A program made the position numbers and the translations under genes. 32,466 nucleotides of DNA. Origin: Cyanophora paradoxa CCMP329 (Eukaryota; Plantae; Glaucophyta). Below are positions 1 through 10,277 of this stretch, in pieces. The DNA lies in assembly GCA_004431415.1 (NCBI GenBank), contig QPMI01000570.1, forward strand, positions 1 to 32,466, in the 5' to 3' direction. The notes under the pieces are model-generated. The model saw nothing but the letters and a program-made list of their open reading frames with translations, was not told where the DNA came from and did not search any database. The stretch's first letter is position 1. Every line of letters begins with the position of its first letter.

Positions 1-1758
1 ATGCAGGGCGATCCCCATCCCAGTATGCTGCAAGATCTACCAGCAACGTTGACAGCCATATTGGATTGTATATGCATCCCTCCTCGGCAATGAGACTCCC
101 ATCCTGTTGCCACTGCGCAATTTCATATCAGGACGGGCGACGATAGATATAAACAGGGAGAAGAGGACATCACATGGTAGCGGACACGGAGGTCGATATC
201 AGAAAGTGGTACGTAGTTGAGGGCGTTACGTGCAAGGATAGAAAGACTTGATAGGTCAAATGATTTAGGCACAATGCCAATCGACAAGGCATGGTCCCTC
301 AGGGCAGGACATAGTTGCACCTGCACCATTTCAATGGGCAAGGGATGATTATGTGATTAATATAAGGACATGGCACGGGTAGTGAGGCGCACCTCAGAGT
401 CGAGACCCATGTCGCGGCAGAAAGATGACCAGTTAATGCAGTAATCTCGAGGTATTGGGAGGATGTTGCAGGGACCGCAGCCGACTGTAATACGGTCACT
501 AACACATACACAGATGGATATATCATGTGCGTTGCCCCCCAGAACATCCGGAACAAATGAGCATAAACGGCATGTATGGGGCAGAAACGGAAGAGAGGGT
601 GCACCAGGCTTGGCAGACGAAGTACAAACTGCGTTAACGTGGTCTCTGTGTGGCTTATCAGTGCACTAATCTTTCGGCAGGGCGCATGTATAAACTGAGG
701 GGGTCAGGGAGAGGGCCGTAAGCACCGTCTCCGGAGGCGCACAGGTCTCAGCTTTGAACTCAAGTCCGGAGCAGGTAAGGGTGTGCCGGAGACCCCTATA
801 GAAGAAAGTACAAGACCGTCAAAGAGGCACTTGTACAGTGAGAGTTGGAGGCGCGTTTGCTCCTTCTGTAACTCCCGCGGTACAGTACGCAGTGCTCGCG
901 TTTTGTGATCGACGATGATTACACGTCCTCTTTCGCGGTCCTGCGTAGGGGGTGGGCGCCGGCAACGGAAAGCCAAAATAAGCGAACCAGCCGGATCTCG
1001 TCAATTATACCAATTAGGAGGAAACCACCACATAACCAAACACTGGCATTTCCCTCGTCTGCGATTGCATAGAATGAGTGTACGGACAACCTTGAAATGT
1101 CACCAGGGTCGAATGACTACGTACAATGCCCGCCGTGGCAAGCTCTTGCAGGCAAGCGATGAAGTTCAATAGTCGCACAGCATGTAGGTCTTCAGCAGTC
1201 TGCGTACGGTTGAAACCGTTAATGTAACATTGTAAGTATGGATACAGCAGAGTCGTGCTGAATGGTTTTCACACCTCAACGTCAATATCGACGAACGTGT
1301 GCAGCTCTGCCTCCAGGGTTTCGTGTCTTCGAGAGCCTTCCTTCATTGCCGCTGTTTGAATGGGTCGCTCTCCGGTGGTCAGAGCCAGTTCTACTGCCCT
1401 TTCACACCACAGCTGCGAAAAACACATAAAATCATCTACAGAGGTGATTACCACTTGCAAATAAAGACTGAATGCACAAGACCAGTGAGACGCCTAGCGC
1501 ACCTGAGAGCACAGCTGTGTGACAGAGAAGTAGACCTTCTTGAATCTCTTCCGGGGAGGATCGGTAGGAAAGAGTCCTCAATGTCGTTATTTGCGAATTC
1601 GTGGTAGTACTGCATGAACTTCCGAAAGCATGCGTGTTTATTACACGGCGATTCGCAGCGGCCGCAGTCAGTGCTGCTTCTATCTCCGCCATCTCTTCAT
1701 CTCCCACGATCTCCACTTCGATGTGAGACATTACACGGACACTGCATGCAGAAGACAT
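1..1758 (-). CDS. EXO5: Exonuclease V (EXO5/DEM1 family, Fe-S ssDNA 5' exonuclease), multi-exon, 3' end truncated by window edge
   Basis: Family motifs in order across exons: IEVEIVGDEEMAEIEAAL; SVDDFMCFSQLWCE...TAAMKEGSRRHETLEAELH; TAEDLHAVRLLN; REMPVFG..LIGIIDEIR; IIVDHKTR...QLSLYKCLFD; WQQDGSLIAEE...WLSTLLVDLAAYWDGDRPA at the left edge. Confidence 0.88.
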
Positions 1759-2041
1759 GATTACTGGATTTAGGGTGTGGGCAGGGACATAAGCAGGAGT
1801 TTGGCACGTGACCTAGAACTCATAGGCGGACGTGAGAAACTAGGTGGTCCCCAAGATAGCGCATCACGGATAAGACTAGTGGCACACAGGTGAAAGCAAC
1901 AACGTATAAGCGATAGCAGCGGCGGAGGCAGCGGATGATGAAAGATGGAGCAGAATCACGAAGACCAACCTGACGGAGATCAGGACGTCAGCGATTTGTG
2001 TCTATCTTGAGATCTAGAGCAGGGCTCAGCCTGAACGCTAA

Positions 2042-2790
2042 CCGCAGCGGTGAGGGCCAGAGGAACAGACGAAGAATTCCGGATGAGTTCTACGCAGCCG
2101 CCGGCAAGAACGGAGCGCGGTAACAGGTGAGCAGTCGGCCAAAGAAGCGGCCGGCGGGGGGCAGAGCGTGTTAAGAGGTAAGCAGTAAATGTAGGCTAAA
2201 GCAGCGGGCGGCGAGGATGGTACGTCTTAATCGGTGAGGGCTAGTCGAAAATAGAGGCCGGCGGAGGGGAGCGTGTTTAGCAGGCCAAAGCGAAGGCAAT
2301 CGGCGGCGGCGGAGCGGCCGGCAGGAGAGGAGCACGCTAAGCATTCCGAGACTGCGGCCGGCGAGGGCGGAGCGTGTTAACCGGTAGAGGCGACCTAAAC
2401 GTCGAAGCAGCAGCCGGCGAGGCCGGAGCTTGTTAACCGGTAAGAGCTAGCTATACGCCGAAGCAGCAGCCGGCGAGGTCGGAGCTTGATAACCGGCAAG
2501 GGCTAGCTGTACGCCGAATCAGCAGCCGGTGAGGACGGAGCGGGATAAGCGGCAAAGGCTAGGGCAAAACGGCCGGCTGGAACGGAGCGCCGGCTGGAAC
2601 GGAGGCCAGTGCAGCGGCTGGCTGGAACGGAGCGCGGCCGGCTAGAACGGAGTGCGGCCGGCGGAGCGAGCAAGTTTAGGCCAGTGCAGCGGCCGGCTGG
2701 AACGGAGCGCGGCCGGCGGAGCGCAGGCCAAATCAGTGGCCGGGGCCGGCGGCCGGAGTGGCTTAAGCAGGCCGAATCAAACAAGAGCAG
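2042..2790. repeat. Degenerate tandem repeat, ~56-bp unit
   Basis: Unit GAAGCAGCAGCCGGCGAGG.CGGAGC.TG.TAACCGG recurs at about 2404, 2460 and 2516, with more diverged copies on both sides. Confidence 0.8.
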
Positions 2791-3164
2791 GATGCGAGGT
2801 CACCTGCCTATGTCATCGGCGCACCTGCGAACTTGCGTCGAGCCGATCGAAAGGATGGTGGAGACTTGAAAGGGGTACAGGCTCATTGCTAAACGACCGT
2901 GGGCCACGGTCGTTCGGCAGACATGGGTACCGAATAATCAACGCGGCAGGCGGGCTAGCCTAGTAGTACGATTAAATGACAAAGAGTTAAACTGAGCGTT
3001 CAAGCACAGCATACCGCAATCACGGTCATGCACGAATGCGCGCGTTCAAGCATGGTATTCGCAAACTCCCGGAGCCAAACAAGAGCAGGCTGCGCGCGTT
3101 CATGATCAAGCATGGTAGTCGCAAGTTCCCGCGCCGGAGCTCCGACGTCGACGTGCCTGACACT

Positions 3165-3430
3165 AAGGGCGCTGGTCAGAGAGATGGAGACCTAAGGGAG
3201 GGGTGGGGTGCTTGAGGGTGGCGGCGACTGAGGGTGGCGGGGAGCTCGAGGGCGGCGAGGTGGAACAATGAGAATACGAGACGGGGTGAAAAAAAGGGAC
3301 TTTCGCAGCACAGCGAACAGTAGTAGGGGGGCATATAGAGAACGGACGGATAGACTACTGAGGGGGGGGGAGGGGGGGCGATCTTAAAATTACGGGCGGC
3401 TGGTCAGAGAAATGGAGACCTAAGGCAGAT
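3165..3430. repeat. Left part of ~215-230-bp tandem repeat array, interrupted by the LTR element
   Basis: Unit start GGTCAGAGA.ATGGAGACCTAAGG at about 3174 and 3402. The second unit resumes at 8378 (GGGGTGGTGCCCTAAAGGGTGGCGGCGACTGAGGG). Confidence 0.8.
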
Positions 3431-3867
3431 TGTTGAGCTAGAAATCCCCCATTCCGGTGCCCTAGGGGTGGCACGGGATTCTAGACAACAGGTTTATAGA
3501 GTGACTCTGACCTGCAGTGAGTGCAAGACCGGCCCCAGCGTGATGCAGGTTCAGCAGTATGACAGTACTCGTAGATTTGATCCGACAGAGTTTCACTACT
3601 CTAGTCTCTCTACTAGGCCGATCTCCGGGAATGACAAAATCCCCTAAACACGCACGCGCCGGGCTCCTAAAGCCCTCACGCTGTCCGTCCGAAGCTCTCA
3701 TGATCAGATCATATGATCCGATCAGACGGCTCAGACATATGAAAAGCGAGCCACTGGATTCGAACCCGAGTCTCTAAATACGCCGAAGCGAACTGCCGGA
3801 ATTGAACCCGGGTCTCTACGAACGGCAAATTCTAAGGCTGCAGCCGCCTAAGATTTCGCCCGCGACA
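3431..3867 (-). repeat. 3' LTR (437 bp)
   Basis: TGTTGAGCTAG...CCCGCGACA; direct repeat of 7941-8377. Confidence 0.95.
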
Positions 3868-4368
3868 TTCGTCGCAGCAGAGAAAAGCCGTCCTCGGCGC
3901 CTGCTACCCGTTCGTCGCAGCAAAATGCGAGGCCTAGCGTATGTAAACGTAAATCAGGTCCTGAAACCTCAGTACCACGAAGAGGTCAGGCCAGAAAATA
4001 TGGATACGAAATCCGACACTGAAGGCTGCAAAAGCAAAGCCCTCTGAGAACCTCGGAAATGCTGCGTGCGAAATTCAGAAGACGTATATAATGAAAAGTG
4101 GCCGAGGCGTTCTAACGCCCTGACGGCCCTAGCAGCACGAAGGCTGCACTAACTCTAGCAGCACGAAGGCTGCACTACCTATAGCCAAATCAGAGAAAAT
4201 CAGAAACCAGCAGAATATAACTATAGCTAAAGCTGCACATGTAGAGCTCAGAAAATATTTTCGAAGCTCACTGAGTCATGTACAAGCTAAACGCAACGAT
4301 ATGAAATCGCGATCACGATCAATATTCTAAAATAAGAATATCGAGATATCGATCGGAAATCGAACAGC

Positions 4369-4848
4369 TCAAGCTGCGTACTGCTGCTTGGCTGCGAGCT
4401 CGAGCTCGAATCGCTGCAGATGTTGCCTCACTCGCCGCGCGCTGCGGCTGATATGTACACGATTTTGTACAAATGCTTCGAGCTCCAGCTGCGGCTGCCA
4501 TGAAGAACGCCGACAGCTGCATACATACGCGTTGCAAATACGAGAAACGCAAGTATATATGATGAGAGGTCGCTGCAAGGTGCGGCCATGCTTGAACCAG
4601 CATCGCCAGCACGACTCTCTCGACGAGGGCAGTCTTGATTTGGGAATGACAGCGCCCTCGTGGACTTGCCGTGGACGTTGGCCTTGCAGACGCCGCTGCT
4701 CCTTCAACGTCGGCGAAGTCTGGCCCCTCCGGCCTGCGTCTGAATCTGTAGATGGCGAGAAAACGAGGAAGCCCTGTACATCCAAACGCGGGCGCCGCCG
4801 CGATGAGTACTTCCAAAATTTCCGCTCGTGATCTCTGAACCGCCTCAC
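4369..4848 (-). CDS. Possible second ORF of the LTR element, Cys-rich, unknown function
   Basis: 159-aa ORF on the same strand as gag, with CWRCWFKH...CVSRICNAYVCSC. No recognised domain and the start is uncertain. Confidence 0.25.
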   Translation of the reverse strand: MRRFRDHERKFWKYSSRRRPRLDVQGFLVFSPSTDSDAGRRGQTSPTLKEQRRLQGQRPRQVHEGAVIPKSRLPSSRESCWRCWFKHGRTLQRPLIIYTCVSRICNAYVCSCRRSSWQPQLELEAFVQNRVHISRSARRVRQHLQRFELELAAKQQYAA

Positions 4849-5863
4849 AAGATCCTCCGCCGTTCGACCCGAGAATTAAATTGCGGCCGGACGCACAGCT
4901 AAGGTGACGGTTGCTGTGTGCCCGCCGGCGGTAGGTGCGATTGCACGTCGAGTCCAAAGACCCAGAAGGTCCGCCGGGGATGCTCTATCCTCCGCCGGGT
5001 CAGAGGCACGAGGGAGACGGTGTCCAGTCTCCATAGCCAACAGATGGTTAAGGGCGTCCCCCGCTCCACCTGAGGCGAGACGGTGTCCAGTCTCAACCAA
5101 GTCCCCTCCTTGATTCCGAGAACGACAAAGGCCGGTTCCATCCGACTATGGGAGGTGCGCTTGCCTTGTCGTCCTGTTTCTTGTCAGTCAAGCCCGCTCC
5201 TCCGAGACGGACTGCATCTCGACGACGCCGCGTCGAGACACGCTTGACTTGAGTGTAGTAACCCGCGGCGACGATAACGCTGAGCTCGCGTCCGTCTGAT
5301 GCAGGGCCGATTCCGGTCTCGTCGGTTGGGTGTCAACCGGTCCAATGCTGTCCTGAGCGCCCTCCTGTCACGAGCAGGTCCGCGCCTCGAGCGAGACTTC
5401 GGGCATCCCACCCTCCACGGTTGTCCTCCCGCTCACGACTGTCCACAGCGCCCTCCTGGGTTCTTCCCATCCTGGCCAGGGCCTGGGCAGGTCCGCGCCT
5501 CGGTCGTGAACGCCGGTTCACCGGATCGGAGCGACGCCTTCTTCAAAATTTACGAATTCACGAATTCGAAGTCCGACCAGACCAATTGCAAGCTCCTGGT
5601 CATGATCATGATCGAGTCAAGGTCAATCCAGACCTTCAATGTCAGAAGAAAGGCCGTCGCTGTCGCAGGTGCGCGCAGTCCAGCACCGCGAAGCTGCCAC
5701 CGCTCCACCCACAACTTGAGAAGTGCAGCTGAAAATTACAAGTATACGCCACCACGTCGCAGGGACCACACCCCTCTTCGCGACGATATAAATCCTCATT
5801 CCTCCTCCGCTGGTCTTTTAATTCGCTTCACAGGCGGAGACCGAACCGCCATGGCGTATACTT

Positions 5864-7033
5864 TCACTTCGCGCCCGCCAGACTGCCGGAGCTCCGATAT
5901 TTCTCGAGCTCCTGCTGACAGGCTGAATATTGCATTTGCAGCTGGTTCAACTCCCGTTGAAGTCGCTTGCTGCAGACGGCAGTGTTGTGCGAGCCGCTCT
6001 TGCATTCATCGCACCAACGAGGTTGTCCACCGCCCTGACTTGAATTTAACTTCAGCTTCTTGCTGTCGGGCTCGTCGACGTCGTCCTCCTCGAGGCGATG
6101 ACGATCAGGGAAGGCGGAAAGTTGAGCAACAGGAGCTCTTGCCGCTGCAGTAGAAAATGGATTGCCAGTGCTTGCTTGCTGCAATCGAATCTCGAGCGCG
6201 TTGCGCGACCGAACTCGACCGAAGAATTCGCGACTCCACTCCGCCAGATTATTTCTGGAGCCCTCCGGAATTTTACTCGTGAGCTTGATCATTGACGGTG
6301 AAGTGATCGAATCCGACGACATGATTTCCGCGATCAACATCTCGTCGGAGAACGAATCTTGAAGCTGCAGTAGACGACGAAGAATATCAACATTATTTAT
6401 AAAGGCTTGCGCATCCAGCTCAGATGGATTTTCCAGCGCAGAGAAGCGACGTCCCGCCGTCTTGATAGTGTTCTTCAGAAGCTCGAATTTGTTGCCAGGC
6501 ACCAAGCCGAGCAGGTGCTCACGAATTTGTGCCCACGACGTCATGTCCAAGTCGCCGTTGCCCGACTTCGTAGTCATGACACCCAGCACAGCCGTCGAGA
6601 AGGATCCATGCACCGGGTCACTTGTCGAGCGCTGCAGCGAAGATAGTGCAAGCTCTGCCAACGTCTTGTCGGGTTCTGTGTATGTCGGAGGCCGGATACA
6701 AATTGTTAAACGTTCCAGCGACTCGACCCACGACAGTACACCCGTATTAGTCAAAGGAGGAATTTTCTCTTTGAATTCTCGCAGCTCGTGGTGACGTGCT
6801 TGCATGTCCAGGTTGCCAGTTAACGCGTCCAGTGCGTTCTTCAACGTGTTCTCGACTGCAGCAGCGGCTACCGCCGCCGGAGCCGCAACAGGCGCCGGAG
6901 CTGGTACCGGTGGTGCAACTGGAGCCGGAGGCGGAGCTGGCGCAGGTGCAGGAGCAGGCACTTGCGCTCCATGGCCAGCCGCCCCGTGGCCGCCGCGTTG
7001 GCCGCCGCCCCTGCCCCGTGTACTCGGAGCCAT
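5864..7033 (-). CDS. gag: Gag-like protein with CCHC zinc knuckle
   Basis: 389-aa uninterrupted ORF between the LTRs: Pro/Ala-rich N-terminus, capsid-like VLSWVESLE...TSWAQIREHLL region, and C-x2-C-x4-H-x4-C (CDECKSGSHNTAVC). Confidence 0.85.
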   Translation of the reverse strand: MAPSTRGRGGGQRGGHGAAGHGAQVPAPAPAPAPPPAPVAPPVPAPAPVAAPAAVAAAAVENTLKNALDALTGNLDMQARHHELREFKEKIPPLTNTGVLSWVESLERLTICIRPPTYTEPDKTLAELALSSLQRSTSDPVHGSFSTAVLGVMTTKSGNGDLDMTSWAQIREHLLGLVPGNKFELLKNTIKTAGRRFSALENPSELDAQAFINNVDILRRLLQLQDSFSDEMLIAEIMSSDSITSPSMIKLTSKIPEGSRNNLAEWSREFFGRVRSRNALEIRLQQASTGNPFSTAAARAPVAQLSAFPDRHRLEEDDVDEPDSKKLKLNSSQGGGQPRWCDECKSGSHNTAVCSKRLQRELNQLQMQYSACQQELEKYRSSGSLAGAK

Positions 7034-7925
7034 GGAGAACTTGAGCTAGACACGTCCGCCCGCCGCTCGATACCGCGCGTCGTAGTACTAGTGTAGGCCC
7101 GCGCGCCCCTCGACTCCGAATATTTTAATTTATTCCGACGTCGACTCGTGTGCCCGTTCAGTCGCAGACTAGAGTGCGAGCCTCCGAGGCTTGAGAGTTG
7201 CGAGTTCACTCGCACAAGAAGTGCGCTCAAGCCTCGCAACACGCCCAGCGCGCCGCGACTCCCGATCGCGCGCACGCCGATGCGCCGCCCGCGGCCGGCG
7301 CGCACGCGCTCGCAGGCTCGAGCTCCCGGCCGCAGGTCCGCCGGCGCGCAGCCGGGATGCCGGCGCGCGCCCTGGTTCCGGATCCGGCGCTCCGGCCCGC
7401 GGCGCTCCGGATCCGCGGATCCGGATCCGATGATCTCGCGCGAGGCCCTAGGTGCAGCGCTGCGCCCGGGGCCGCGCCGACGAGCCGCCGATCTACAGCG
7501 CGGTCTGCAGTGCAGACGCTGCGACGAGCGAGCGGCGATCAGCCCTGCGACGCGCGCGAGGCGCCTAGATCTAGAGCCCCGGAGCTAGCCCGGCTAGCCG
7601 CGACGTCGACGTCGTCGTTAGTGGCGCCCGGCGGCCGGCATGCGCGCGCACGCGCCGCGCGCGCTAGCGACCGTCGGACGCCGGGTCCGGAGCCCAGGAC
7701 GGATACGCATCTTTAAGAGCCTCGCGATGGCGCTGGCGGCCGGGCAGCGTCCGCTCATGATCACCCGCGATAGGTTGCGCCGAGCGGGAAGGGCCGGGGT
7801 TGAACGAATGCGCGAAACGGTTCTGGTCAGCGCACAGCGACTTCTGAAGGCACAGCGACTATGCGCATGAAATGAACGCGAGGCGAAGCTCGCTCGGCTA
7901 GCTCGCAGAGCCAGCGTTCGCGTTT

Positions 7926-7937
7926 GAGCAGCCCCCA
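7926..7937 (-). promoter_or_regulatory. Primer-binding site, tRNA-Pro-like
   Basis: Minus strand TGGGGGCTGCTC begins 3 nt after the 5' LTR. It is complementary to a CCA-ended tRNA and resembles the tRNA-Pro PBS TGGGGGCTCGTC. Confidence 0.65.
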
Positions 7938-7940
7938 AGA

Positions 7941-8377
7941 TGTTGAGCTAGAAATCCCCCATTCCGGTGCCCTAGGGGTGGCACGGGATTCTAGACAACA
8001 GGTTTATAGAGTGACTCTGACCTGCAGTGAGTGCAAGACCGGCCCCAGCGTGATGCAGGTTCAGCAGTATGACAGTACTCGTAGATTTGATCCGACAGAG
8101 TTTCACTACTCTAGTCTCTCTACTAGGCCGATCTCCGGGAATGACAAAATCCCCTAAACACGCACGCGCCGGGCTCCTAAAGCCCTCACGCTGTCCGTCC
8201 GAAGCTCTCATGATCAGATCATATGATCCGATCAGACGGCTCAGACATATGAAAAGCGAGCCACTGGATTCGAACCCGAGTCTCTAAATACGCCGAAGCG
8301 AACTGCCGGAATTGAACCCGGGTCTCTACGAACGGCAAATTCTAAGGCTGCAGCCGCCTAAGATTTCGCCCGCGACA
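7941..8377 (-). repeat. 5' LTR (437 bp)
   Basis: Direct repeat of 3431-3867. Confidence 0.95.
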
Positions 8378-9500
8378 AGATGCAGGGGTGGTGCCCTAAA
8401 GGGTGGCGGCGACTGAGGGCGGCGGAGAGCACGAGGCTGGCGGGGCGGAGCAACGAGGACCTGAGACGGGGTGACCAGGGGGACTTTCATACCACAGAGG
8501 GTGATGATATGACACAGGGCGGCGGGTCAGAGCGATGGAGACCTTTTTTTTGCAAGAGCCCAACCGGGCAATGTTCGTATTAAGGACAACAACAGCCGCC
8601 CCGTCGCTTGCATCGACTGGGGGGGGCGCCTAGGCTAGCTCTGAGGCTCTGCGGAATAGAGGGAAGACGTCCTGCTATCTTATCCTAGCTGTGAGCTATC
8701 GATCTGCGGCTTGAGGAGGGCCTGATGCGCTGGTGTCCTTGGTCCTGTGGAAAAGGAGGGAAGGGGGAAGGCGAGGCGCACGGGGTGCGGGAGGTCGGCA
8801 GGGGGCGAGGCGTAGGGAGGGGGAGAAGGGCAGGGAGTGGGGTACACGGAGCGCTGGAGGGTGGCGGGAGTGAGGCGTTCGAATCGGGAAGCTGAGGGGC
8901 GCGCGGGCGGGAAGGGTGACGGGCCGGGAGCGGGGCAAGGCGCTGGAGCCGGAGGGCGGGGGCGGGATGCTGGAGCAGGAGGGTGGGGGCAGGGCGCTGG
9001 ACCGGAGGGCGGGGGTGGGGCGTTGGAGACGGAGGGCGGGGGCGGGGCGCTGGAGCTGGAGGACAGGGGCTGGGCGCTGGAGGCGGGGGGCGGGGGCGGG
9101 GCGCTGGAGCTGGAGGAGCGATGGAGACCTATATAGCTAAGGGAGGGGTGGAGCGCTTGAGGGTGGCGTGCGGCGACTGAGGGTGGTGGGGAGCTCGAGG
9201 GCGGCAGGGCGGAGACAGGGTGACAGAGGGGACTTTCACAACACAACGAACAATAGCAGGGGAGCATATAGAGTACGGTTGGCTAGACTACCGAGGGGGT
9301 GGCGATCTTAAAATTACGGGTGGTGGGTCAGAGCGATGGAGACCTAAGGGAGGGGTGGTGCCCAAAAGGGTGGCGGCGACTGAGGGCAGCGGAGAGCACG
9401 ACAGCGGCGGGACGGAGCAAGCTAAGGGGAGCCTGAGACGGGGTGGGAAGGGGGACTCTCACAGCACAACGAACAGTAGCAGGGGAGCAAATAGAGTATG
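8378..9500. repeat. Right part of the ~215-230-bp repeat array plus G-rich low-complexity tract (about 8740-9120)
   Basis: GAGCGATGGAGACC unit starts at about 8530, 9116 and 9331. Shares GGCGATCTTAAAATTACGGG with 3377-3397. Internal GGCGCTGGAG repeats. Confidence 0.8.
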
Positions 9501-9509
9501 ATACGTAGA

Positions 9510-10225
9510 TTACAAGACACAGAGACACTGCTGCAGATGAGGGAGTGCAATGCGAACTAGTTCATGTACAGGTAGTCTAGCATCGAGCCGTACAATCGGA
9601 ATTCGACGCTGGTCTTCCAGCTCATTAAGCCACTCAGCATACAATTTTGACAAGCCTGGAATAGTCCGGATGGTCTCTTGTGAATCTCCCCGACTGCATG
9701 CACGACGCTGACAGAGCTCACTTGACGCATCCAGATATACTATCATAATCGGATCGGGAAACGCAAGACAAGCATACGTTTCTTGAAGCAAGTCGCGCTC
9801 GTGAAGGGTGAGATTGCCACGAGCGTGCCAGTAGGATGAGAAGATAGTATTTGAAGAATAATGACATCGCTCGACCAGGCCGATGATCGGAGGACTGCCA
9901 GTGCTAACGCTAGCGCTGTTGGCAATCGATAATTGGCGAAGGTGATCAGCATGAGACAGTAACGCTCGAAGCTGCATGCCAAGTACAGCGCCTGGTCTAG
10001 GGCCACCAGGCGCAAAAATACCGTCCAACCACGGCTGCCAAATATGCAGAGGCTCCGGGAATACACGAAACTGGGAGTGGCAGTTTGCTTCGACGGCTGC
10101 AGAAACTAGCTCTGCAATGAGCGTGCTTTTACCAGCTCCCGGCGGCGCTTCGAACGATACATATGACGCGCTGTTGCAGGCACCGGTCGGCGTACTGTGA
10201 GCGGGAAATCTACTAACGACTGCAT
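9510..10225 (-). CDS. Deoxynucleoside kinase (dNK/dCK/dGK family), apparently intronless
   Basis: One open frame from about 10230 to 9510 reads YVSFEAPPGAGKSTLI (P-loop), FPEPLHIWQPWL, LVERCHYSSNTIF (ERS motif), PDPIMIVYLDASSELCQRRACSRGDSQE (lid). The nearest ATG (10225) is one frame off. Confidence 0.88.
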
Positions 10226-10277
10226 GGACTTAGGGTGAGAAGCAGACGAAAAAAGTGAACAGGGGTACAGGCAAAAC

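Larger units (their letters stand above)
3431..8377 (-). mobile_element. Non-autonomous gag-only LTR retrotransposon (TR-GAG/LARD-like), recent insertion
   Basis: Two 437-bp LTRs (3431-3867, 7941-8377), identical by eye, with TG...CA termini. 4-bp TSD AGAT (3427-3430 and 8378-8381). PBS next to the right LTR, gag ORF with zinc knuckle, and no protease/RT/RNaseH/integrase motifs found. Confidence 0.92.

Noticed and set aside
2042-2790. CRISPR-like array
   Set aside because: Units are degenerate along their whole length with no unique spacers, and the context is eukaryotic.
3744-3830. tRNA genes in the LTR
   Set aside because: Only B-box motifs are present. The T-stems pair poorly and no D-arm, anticodon arm or acceptor stem could be folded.
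5299-6153. 284-aa plus-strand ORF as pol or tyrosine recombinase
   Set aside because: No RT, integrase or recombinase motifs, and it partly overlaps gag antisense.
8680-9267. Pro-rich 195-aa ORF (and similar 25627-25893)
   Set aside because: Translation of G/C-rich low-complexity repeats; no evidence of coding.
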